From Eubacteriales bacterium (GTDB taxonomy: Bacteria > Bacillota > Clostridia > Oscillospirales > CAG-272), in contig JAZQKM010000091.1 of NCBI GenBank assembly GCA_045542155.1, positions 1-46,620 on the forward strand: a DNA stretch of 46,620 nt. The letters run 5' to 3'. Within the stretch, counting starts at the first letter, position 1. Each line of letters starts with the position of its first letter. Shown here piece by piece: positions 32,978 to 42,800 of the stretch. A program made the translations under genes and the position numbers. Under the pieces are notes generated by a model. That model saw only the letters and a program-made list of their open reading frames with translations, did no database searches and had not been told where the DNA came from.

Positions 32978-35680
32978 TTAGTTAGTCTCGTTGAGGCTTA
33001 CCTCCCAAATTCTGCTCATAGGGCCGTTATAAGGAGTCAGCTCCGATGCGGGGGTGAGAGAATTTACATCGATGATGTTGGTATTGTAAGCAAAGAGGTC
33101 ACTACGTTGGTAGGTGGGAAGCTCAACCGCGAGCTCCATAACGATGTCGAGTGCAGTCTTATAGAAGCCTGCTCTTTCCTCTTCTACAATGGTCTCTCTT
33201 GCCAAATCAATGATTTCGGAAAGTTGGTTAACAAGTGCAAGCTCTTCGCTGTACTTGTTGCCTGCGTTTGCAAGAATAGCACGGTAACCCCAGTTAGCGG
33301 TGGAGCCTGCAGTGGAATCCTTGTGGTATACCTGATACATATCAGGGTCAACACCTGCACCCCAAGCTGCTGCCCAAACGGTAAGGTCACCGTTGTTCAG
33401 CTTCTTAAGAGCGTTGATATCGGTTCTGACCTCAATATCAAAGCCATGATCATTGAGGATTTCTGCTGCTCTCTTGAGAGATGCGTATGCAGGGTGGTCG
33501 GTAGTGTCACCTGCAATGGTGAAGACATACTTGAGAGTATGACCGTCCTTGGTGTAAATGCCGTCAGCATTCTTGACATAGCCCGCATCGATAACGCGTT
33601 GTTCACTTGTAGCACCGGTTTCATCAAACTTGTAGTACTGTCCTTCTGCGTCAACACCCTCGGGATATGCCCAGGAAGCCTTGGTCATAGGACGGGTGAT
33701 GGGCTTGGAGTAACCAAAGTAATAGTCAACAGCGTATTGGGTGTTGATTGCGTTCATAATAGCGCGGCGTACTTCGATATCCGGAACCTTTTCAGCATTG
33801 ATACCGATATAACCGTAACCGTTGGTCATAACAGGGGTGCTTGCAAAGCCCTTGGAAGCATTTGCAGCGATGGAGTCAATATTCTCTTGGATACAAGAAG
33901 GTTCTACAAAGTGAATTTCATTGTTGTAGAGGGACTCAAGCATAAGATTGGTGGAAACAACCTTGTAGTCAACGTACTTAATCTTTACGTCAAACATGAA
34001 GTGCTCATTGCGCTCAAAATAAACTACGTTGTTTGCATTGAAGGTGCCTGCAGTAACTTTAGAGCTATCACCGTTGGCGGTAGTAGCCTTGTAAGGACCT
34101 GCACCCACGGGAACACCGATCTTTTCGGGAGCCTTGATAACGGTATCTTGGAATTCTACGCTACCAAACTGAACGCCAAAGTTTGCTTCATAGTCAAATG
34201 CAGCGATCTGCTCTGCGTTGGAGTAATAGTACATAGGAGCAACGGTAAAGCCGAAGTTCCAGATAGCCTTGGGGTCAACCTTTTCGATGGTGATGGAAAG
34301 AACCTCGTTACCCTCGATTACAGCACCGTTTTCATCCAAGGTAGGAACACCGTATTCTACACCGTTAACAGTAACAGCCTCGGTTTTGTTAGCATACTTA
34401 ATACCGGAAATATTTTTAATTCTGTCTTCTTCATCAATGCTTTCAAAGTAAGCTTGCTTTTCAAGGAAAGCGAAGTAATCCAAAAGCTTTTGTGCAGTAG
34501 CCCAATAGCTGACAACCGTGATCATGTCGTTGGGAACATAACTGGTATAGATTGCATTGATAGCCTCTTCCTCGGTCATGTTCTTGCTGTTCTCACCAAG
34601 AGAGTATACAAACACCTTTTCCTTCTTGTCCCAGGTGATGAAACCCTCGTTGAAAAGGAATGCCTCGGTATCGGTAGTAAGGGTTACCTTATTGCCGTTC
34701 TTATCGGTATAGGAAATATCCTGAGCAGTACCCTTTGCATTGTTGTAGTCGGTTTTTAATTCCTCTTGGAAGTACTTCACTGCAAGATTGTAATCGGAAA
34801 CAACGGTTTTGTAAGCAGCATCGCCGGAGTTGAGTTCCATTTGCTCGGTAAGAGCCGTGATCATTTCATCCTCGCTCAAGCTGACGTTCTTATGCTCGTC
34901 ATAAACTGCCTCGAGACATTCGATCAAGCGGTAAACTCTATCGGATGCCAGCGCATTAAACTGCTTGTTGAAGTCTTTTTGCTCGTTCTCGTTCTTGGTC
35001 TGCGTTCTGTACTCCTGAAGGCCGATGATCTCGGTGGAGTAGATAGTAGCGCTTCCATAGTAAGCGGGATCAAGGTACACATAAAGGTTGAAAAGTACAT
35101 CCTTCATGGTAAGGGGGGATCCGTTGGAGAACTTAAGATTGTTCTTCAAAACAAAGTAGTAGGTGGTTTCCAAAACGGTTTCGCCATCCATTTTTTGCGT
35201 TGTTGCATAGTCGAGGACTACGCACGCCTCATCTTCTCCGTAAGCAACCTTTCCTTCCTTATCGGAGGAAAGCATGCCGATCTGCGTCATGCCGACAACA
35301 GAGCCGTCAGGGCCGGAGGAAGAGTAGAAGGGATTGAATACGCCGTCAAGTTCTTGGCTTGCAAGAACCAGGTGGTCGATTTCATTGCTAAGACCCTTTT
35401 TGTTATTGTTGTTACCAAGCAATGCGATGAGAGCACCTACAGTTGCTCCCAAAACCAAAACAACGGCAAGAACCAATGCAACAAATTTCTTGGTAGACTT
35501 TTTAGCAAATTTCTTAATTTTGCCAATGAGGGATGTTTTGGATTCGCTATTCTTTACCGGTGTGGAATTCTTCTTTTCTTCCGGTGCAGGAACGTTATTC
35601 TCTTCCGGTGTGGGAATGTTATTCTCTTCCGGTGTGGGAACGTTATTTTCTTCCGGAGTAGGGATGTTTTTTTCTTCCAT
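32978..35680 (-). CDS. Family-5 (Opp/Dpp-type) substrate-binding protein, 900 aa, N-terminal TM anchor preceded by a PTPEENN repeat tail
   Basis: SBP_bac_5-like blocks (YYFVLKNNLKFSNGSPLTMKDVLFNLYVYLDP; GAGPYK; VYFERNEHF). TM FVALVLAVVLVLGATVGALIALL. No lipobox cysteine. Confidence 0.88.
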   Translation of the reverse strand: MEEKNIPTPEENNVPTPEENNIPTPEENNVPAPEEKKNSTPVKNSESKTSLIGKIKKFAKKSTKKFVALVLAVVLVLGATVGALIALLGNNNNKKGLSNEIDHLVLASQELDGVFNPFYSSSGPDGSVVGMTQIGMLSSDKEGKVAYGEDEACVVLDYATTQKMDGETVLETTYYFVLKNNLKFSNGSPLTMKDVLFNLYVYLDPAYYGSATIYSTEIIGLQEYRTQTKNENEQKDFNKQFNALASDRVYRLIECLEAVYDEHKNVSLSEDEMITALTEQMELNSGDAAYKTVVSDYNLAVKYFQEELKTDYNNAKGTAQDISYTDKNGNKVTLTTDTEAFLFNEGFITWDKKEKVFVYSLGENSKNMTEEEAINAIYTSYVPNDMITVVSYWATAQKLLDYFAFLEKQAYFESIDEEDRIKNISGIKYANKTEAVTVNGVEYGVPTLDENGAVIEGNEVLSITIEKVDPKAIWNFGFTVAPMYYYSNAEQIAAFDYEANFGVQFGSVEFQDTVIKAPEKIGVPVGAGPYKATTANGDSSKVTAGTFNANNVVYFERNEHFMFDVKIKYVDYKVVSTNLMLESLYNNEIHFVEPSCIQENIDSIAANASKGFASTPVMTNGYGYIGINAEKVPDIEVRRAIMNAINTQYAVDYYFGYSKPITRPMTKASWAYPEGVDAEGQYYKFDETGATSEQRVIDAGYVKNADGIYTKDGHTLKYVFTIAGDTTDHPAYASLKRAAEILNDHGFDIEVRTDINALKKLNNGDLTVWAAAWGAGVDPDMYQVYHKDSTAGSTANWGYRAILANAGNKYSEELALVNQLSEIIDLARETIVEEERAGFYKTALDIVMELAVELPTYQRSDLFAYNTNIIDVNSLTPASELTPYNGPMSRIWEVSLNETN
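35571..35680 (-). repeat. 24-bp in-frame tandem repeat, about 4.5 units, encoding (I/V)PTPEENN at the start of the SBP gene
   Basis: CTTCCGG recurs at 35578, 35602, 35626 and 35650 (and CTTCCA at 35674), exactly 24 nt apart. Confidence 0.85.
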
Positions 35681-35709
35681 TTTCTCTTTTACCTCGTTTC
35701 TATATTCCT

Positions 35710-36819
35710 TTAATTATTGACTGTAACATTGATATTACAATTATCGCCGACTATGATCTCAGCATTATTGGATTTGTCATATACAAACTCGTTTGCTTTG
35801 GTAATTTCACCGGTGTAATCGGTAACGATATTACCTTGGATTGTAACATCAGAGATATTCACCTCAATGCTTCCCTTGCCTTGGCAAGAAACAGCAAGTG
35901 CCGCAACCTTAAGTTCAGTAGCGCCTTGGGTTCCGCTCAGGTCGTATGTGACATCAGTAAAGGAAACATCGGAGATCTTTGCTCCATTGGAAAGGTTATT
36001 GAATATCGAACAGAAATACGTAGAACCGCGTTTGCTCTTTTCAATAGTGAAGTTTGAAATGGTATGTCCGTTTCCTGCAAACTCACCGCCATAATCACCC
36101 AACGGCCAAATAGCACCGTTGCAGTTAATGTCTGCGGTAAGCTGAATATTAGCATTATTGGAAATGGCTTTTTCAAGGGTTTCAAAGCTATCTACAAAGG
36201 ACCAAATACCTTTCAAATAGCTAACGTACACAGGAATGTCAAGGTCTGCATCCCCACCGGGGTGGGTAAAGCCTTGATCCCATGCAACCGTGCATTCCGA
36301 ATCACTGAAAAATCCGAGAGGAGTATACCCAATTCTACTCTTGGCAAAACGGCGCCAATCGTCGAATTTATCTCCGGGGTCTACCTCGTATTCACCAAGC
36401 TTGACTTGGGCGTTGTCTTCATTAAAATAATAAACTGTGTAGGTGTGCTTGATAGCTACCTTCCATCCCGCATAGAGTGTGAGCTGCTCCTCGTTTATGT
36501 AGGAATCGAAGTCCCATTTTGAGGACTCGGTGCAACTCTCATCGGTATACCATCCGGTAAAAACGTAACCGGTTCTAAAAAGCTTGTAGCCGTTAAGCTC
36601 ACAAGGGTTCAAAACTACTGTGTTGGGATGGTAAGCAAAATTGATTTTTGTACTCACACTCGACGTGGGAGTCTCAAACGTACCGCCTTTCAAATCAAAG
36701 GTGGCAATGTAGAGCCCTTCAAGGCTCTGCTCTTCCTTACCGCACCCCGGCAGAATAACTGCCAGGGCTATGGTAAGAACGATTGCTAAAATTAAACTTC
36801 TCTTCTTCATACGTAGCAT
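35710..36819 (-). CDS. Lipoprotein with Listeria-Bacteroides repeat domains and a C-terminal beta-helix-like region
   Basis: Lipobox AVILPGC. GYVFTGWYTDESC...LTLYAGW and GYTPLGFFSDSEC. Then GGEFAGNGHTISNFTI, a motif common in Firmicute surface proteins. GGAAGG RBS. Confidence 0.8.
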   Translation of the reverse strand: MLRMKKRSLILAIVLTIALAVILPGCGKEEQSLEGLYIATFDLKGGTFETPTSSVSTKINFAYHPNTVVLNPCELNGYKLFRTGYVFTGWYTDESCTESSKWDFDSYINEEQLTLYAGWKVAIKHTYTVYYFNEDNAQVKLGEYEVDPGDKFDDWRRFAKSRIGYTPLGFFSDSECTVAWDQGFTHPGGDADLDIPVYVSYLKGIWSFVDSFETLEKAISNNANIQLTADINCNGAIWPLGDYGGEFAGNGHTISNFTIEKSKRGSTYFCSIFNNLSNGAKISDVSFTDVTYDLSGTQGATELKVAALAVSCQGKGSIEVNISDVTIQGNIVTDYTGEITKANEFVYDKSNNAEIIVGDNCNINVTVNN

Positions 36820-36849
36820 AAAAACCTTCCGTTACTTGTTGTTTTCCGT

Positions 36850-39800
36850 TTACTCGACGGTGTTGCCATTATCATCGGATGACTCTTCCTTTTCGCTGAC
36901 AGGCAACTCTTCCTTAACGCTTACGTTCTGCTTCTTCTTTTTCATAAGCACTACAGTAACCGTCGCAGCACCGCCGATAACAAGTACAGAGCCAACTACG
37001 ATCAGCACAATGACCCATACTTGAAGTCCTTGCGGAGGTTCTGCGTTATCGTCTACAATAGGAGTATCTTCTTCTACTCCAACATTTTCGGCGTAGGAAA
37101 GACCGAAATCAACGGTTTTGCCATAAAGTTCATTGAGCGCCGCGATTTTTGCATCCAGTACAGATGCATTGGTAACGAGTTCCTTTTCCTCAGCGGTAAG
37201 AGCATCATAAGCTTTCTTTGCATCTTTAACCTTGTTAAAGCAATATTCAAGCTTATCCATGTCAAACAGATGGGCAATCTTGCCTTCTACTACGTCAGCG
37301 TTGTACGCCTTGCGTACATTTTTAAATGTAGTCAGTACCGATTCGTCAACGAAAGCCATATCCTCGCTATGTCTTTCAAGAGCGTTGTATGCGGTAATAG
37401 CTGCATTTACCAGGAGAGTATCAAATCTGTCTACGTCAGTGGGGAGTTTGTTTACTGCCTCGATGAACGCGTGAGCATACTTTCCTGCGGTTACGCCGGA
37501 CGTTTCCTCAGCAAAGGTGAAGTATGCGTTGTAAATGAGAGTATCATAACCTTCACAGTTATCGGGAAGGATTGCCACAAGATCTGCTGCAGATTTGTGT
37601 CCTACAACACCAATAAAGGTGCTGTAATAATAAGGAGCAGCAACCTCGCTTTGAGTGAGATAGTAGAAGCTGTACTTATACAGAGAGTCAAAGCCGGTAT
37701 AATCAGAAACGTTTTCAAAGTTGATCTTAATTTCTTCACCGGTCATAGTTCCCTCAAGCACGGGAGCATAATAGGACTTAAATACAACAGTATTTAGCTT
37801 TTCGCAACCTTGGAACGCGTAGTTTCCGATGTATTTAAGAGTGGAAGGAAGAATTACCTTTTCAAGGTACTTATTACCGAGGGCTGCACCGAATTCAATT
37901 CTTACAGTGCCTTCGATAACGGCATACTCGGGATCTTCCTTAGCGGCGGGATAGGTGGTAAGGATGTAGCCCTTATCGCTCTTAACATAAAGAACACCCT
38001 TATCAAGAACAACATTTTCCAAAACCACGGTATCGAGGCCCTCACTGTTAACCAAACCCTTGAAGGACTCACTTCCCTCAAAAATGTTAAAGTCTACGTC
38101 CTTGAGAGAATCGCCGATTACGAACTGCTCCATAGCGGTGTAAGCAAATGCACCGTAACCAATGCTTTCAAGAGCGGGAGCCGTTACAGATGTAAGTTTT
38201 TTGCAACCTGCAAACGCTTGATCGCCAACAAAGGTAAGCTTGGGAGCATAAACGCTAACCAAATTGTTCGTTCCAAACTCTACCCCGTTATTGTTAAGCG
38301 TCTCAACAAACGCATAACCGTCTATGTACTCTACGTTGTCGAGAGAGAGAGCTTCAGGCAGAGGAACTGCACAGAATGCACCTTCACCGATCTTAACCAG
38401 ATGAGAAAAGTCAATATCGGTAAGAGATGTGCAGCCATAGAAGGTATATCCGGAAACCTCTTTAAGTGTTTCGGTAAGAGCAACAGACTCAAGTGCCTCG
38501 CAAAGAGCAAATGCACCCTCACCGATAAAGGTTACCTTGGGAAGGTCAATAGACTGGAGACTCAACGAACCGTAGAAAGCGTAGTCGCCTACGTATGTGA
38601 GTGCGGGGAGATTTACGGATACAAGCTTGTTAACATAGGTTGCCTTTTCATCGTTAGGAGCAAAGGCATTATTGTTGATCTTTTCAAGACGCTCTGCGCT
38701 GAATTCACTAAGACTTGCACAATCGCTAAATGCACCTTCGCCAAGTTCGGTAACATAAGGCGCTACAACAGATGCAAGAGAGAGACACTTGTAGAATGCG
38801 AAATTGCCGATCTTGCCCGTTACTTCGCTAAAGTCAAAGGAAGTAAGATATGCACAAGAATAGAATGCGCTATCACCAATGGTAGCATCGCCCAAGAGAT
38901 CAACTGTTTTAACAGCAGACTCTGCAAATGCTAACTTTCCTATGTTTACGTTAGCGGCGAGCTTAACAGTCTCGAGAGACTGATTACCGTAAAATGCACC
39001 GTCGCCAATCGTTTGAACGTTGGAAAGGTCAACATTCTTAAGATACGACATGGCAAATGCATACATACCAATATCGGTAACCATAGAAAGGTCGATCGTT
39101 TTAAGCTCGGAGGTTGCATAGAATGCATATTCCTTAATAGAAATCGCTTTTTCGGGAAGCACAACAGTAGTCAGTGCGCTGCAGCCCGCAAATGCATTCT
39201 CTTCAATGGTAGTAAGTTGTGAACCGGGGGCAAATTCTACCTTTTTGAGTTTGCTCAGAGAGGAGAATGCGCCACTGCCAATTTTTACAACATTTGCAGG
39301 AACAACAAACTCGGTTTTGGTGCTATCGGGAATAACAAGAACGAGTGTGGTCTTATCCTTGTTGTAGATAACACCATTTTCCTCAACATAGAGTGCAGAG
39401 TCGGCAACGTCAATGCTGACGTTTGTTTTGTAAGCCAAGAAGGGAGTTATGCCGATGTAGGCAAGCTCGGTGTTTTGGGAAAGCTTAATGGTAAGCAGCT
39501 TGCAGGAATCGAATGCACTATCCCCAATATTAATCTTTCCATCGGGGAGCTTAACACCGGTAAGCTTTTCACAACCGCTGAATGCGTAATCACCAATCGC
39601 CTCAACAGACTTCTTAAACTCAATGCTCTCAAGTCGCTCACAATCCTTAAAGGCTCTTGCGCCCAAATAGGTAATGTCATTGGCAATCACTACACTCTTG
39701 AGGTTTTTGGAACCTGCAAAAGCATCATCAGCAATGCTATCAGCATAGACAGTGACCGAAGTCAAACCACTGTTCTCGAACATCTTAGAGGAAACTCTGG

Positions 39801-42800
39801 TGCTGGAACCCAACTCAACGGAGGTCAGCTTGCTGCAATTTGCAAATGCACTCTCTCCGATTCTTGCAAGGTGGGTAAGTGTCAAATTGGAGAATCTGGT
39901 GCTTGCAAAGCCAAATTTACCTACCGTGTAGATTTCAGAAGTTTTTGCTCCGCCGATCTCTTCGCAAGAGAGACTCTTGCAATTGTTGAATGCATAGTCG
40001 GAAACGATCTTAACATGATCGAAATTTACGTTTTCAAGAATGATACAATCCTCAAATGCATGCTCGCCAATCTGCTTACATGTGGAAGGAAGCGTTACGT
40101 TTCTAAGTGCAGTACAGTTGTAGAAAGCGTATTGGTTAATGAATTCAACGCCCTCAGGAATGACAACAGAGGTTACGGTATCGTTACCGATAGCCGACTT
40201 CTTTTCGTCCAAATCATAGTAACCGTTTTCGTCCTTCTCTACCTCTTTCTCGTTATCCAGATCATAGTGAGAGAATGCGAAATCGCCGATATAAATAATT
40301 CCTTCATCATCGGGGATCACAACCTCACCACCCTTACCCTTGTAGGCAATAAGTGTTCTGTTTTCAATGATAAATTCACTCTTTACTTCAACAGAAAGTC
40401 TTGCTGCAAGAGTAGAAGTTTTTCCGTCAATGGTGATCTTAAGGGTAATTCTGGAGTTACCTTCAGCCTCCGCAGTTACTACACCGTTTTCATCAACAGT
40501 AGCAACCTTGGGGTTACTCGACGTCCAGGAGAGCGTGTATCTATCCTCGGAGATATTCCAAGGCTTAAGCAGAGGGGTAAGCTGTATCTTTTCGGAGGGG
40601 TAACAAGATACGCTATAGTTGCCATCGAAATAGTGAACCGAATCAGTTCTGCCGATTTCGGAATAATCGATGTCACTGTTAAATGCAAATAGTGTTTTGT
40701 AAGAGACGAACTCTAACGATTCAAGCAATACATTATCGCCTGAATTGGGATTATCGGTTATAACAGTCTCGGAGACATTTACCGTCAAGTACTTAAATGT
40801 AGGAATGTTTACGGTAATTCCGTTCGACGTTGTCTTTGTGATCCAGCTGTCACTGGTGACTCGTACAAGCGCCGTACCGGATTTCAACGCCTCAATTTGG
40901 CCGTTTTCAATAGCTAATACATCGTCAACGGGTTCCCATACGTCGTTTACCCAATGACCAACCTCCCACTTAAGCGTGTGGAGATAATCGCTGTTAACAG
41001 TCTTGGTGGTATCTTCGTATACAAGGAACTTGGTGAGATCGAAGGTCTCGTTAATGTCGAGCTCGATTTCATCTTCCATAAATTCCAGATCCTTGCCGTC
41101 ATCTGCAGTAGAGGGGAAAGGAACGTAGGTGATGGAAGCGTTCATTGCATAGTCGTCAAGATAGAGTGTCACGCCGTTAGGCATGGTGGAATCCGCAATG
41201 ATATCCAGATAGTCGGTAAGCTCGATAGTGACCACGGTATTTTCGCCGCGATTGGTCTGATATACTGGAATAGGATACTCGGTAAGGGAAGCGTAGGTCT
41301 TTTCAATATCTCCCTTTTCGGGATCCCAAATCTCGTACACCGCAATGGGGCGAACCGACATAACATAATGGTTATCGAATACGGTAAGATCAAGATAGTA
41401 TCTGTTCTCTTCTCTTCCCTTATCGTACTCGGTTCTGAAATTGGAACTGATTACAGCAGGAGCTTCGTAGTCGATATAGAACGAGAAGGAGTAGGAGTCG
41501 GAGATGTTTTCGCCGCCCTCCCAGTCGAGCTTGGCGCTCATGGTAACCTCAAGCTTGGTATTGTTGTTACCCAGTACTTTTCCCGTTTCAAAATCTACAG
41601 ACGGAAGATTGAATTTAGCAAGATAGGGGTACGGAGAACCGTTGAAGTGTGCCTTGTAACAGTTGTATTGCGTGTCTTCCCATACAACCTCACCGGTGGA
41701 AGTATCAACAATTTGAATATTGAGCTCTTTAGCGCCTCTGAGAAGTCCGGCAAATACACCGTAAATACCGCTGATACAGTCTGCATAGTAAGAAACAGCT
41801 GCTTTTTCCTGCGTTGCGGGAATTGCGTTATACTTGGTTTCATCCATCTCGTAAACGTAACTGCCCAAAGGAAGGATGTAGTCATAGTAGTAAGTACCCA
41901 GGGGGGTCGTTGCGTAATAATCTGCTTTGATCTTGTCTTCGTCGTCAATAGCATCGTTGTGTGCCTCGGTTTCAACCTCATAGAAGTCAAGGTCAAAGAT
42001 CGGAGCCTCGCTCCAATCGCCATAGAAGGCAAGGAAAGGAGCATTGAGGTCGATGCCGTTCTCTTCGGTGCTGGTGAAGGTCAAATAACCCTCAACGTAC
42101 ATACCGTTTTCAAACGTAGCGTTAAGATAGCTCTTATCCTTAGCCGACAATGTGAGGGTTACGTTTATCTTTGCGGTTTGTCCTGCCGCAACCGAAACCA
42201 CACCGTCTACAAGGGTGCCCCCTTCAACGCTATACTCGGAACTGTTGGAAAGCAGATACGCCATTTCTGCTACGTACTCAGGTTCGGAAGCGGATATGCT
42301 TTCGGTCATGGTAATGTTACCGAGCTTGTAGGAGAGTGTGCGATCGGAAAGGTTGGTCAGATTGATGCTCATCTTGTAGACGCCCGTACGGTTGGGGTCA
42401 TCCTTGAGCTCAAGCTTGGTCTTGTTGATACCGTCAACATGAAGGTATGCGGGAGTCGTGGTGGATTTTGCGATATCGGCAATACCTGCACCCTGTTTTC
42501 TTGGGGAGTAAGGGTTGCCCTTTTGGTCGAGTGCGATGGTCGCAGTCGACATAGTAAGCTGGTTAACGAGGTCTCTTACCTCGGTTGCGGAAAGCTTGGG
42601 GAAGGTTTCCTTTACGTACTGACGGATCAGGACGGTAATACCGCACATATTGGGAGCAGCCATACTCGTGCCGCTCTGCTCGTCGTATTCACCGCCTACA
42701 ACGGCAGAAAGAATATTGCCGCCGTGCGCCGTGATTTCGGGTTTAAGAGTCAGGTCAGGATTAGGACCCCAAGAGGAGAAATCACTCATAAAGGGACCTG

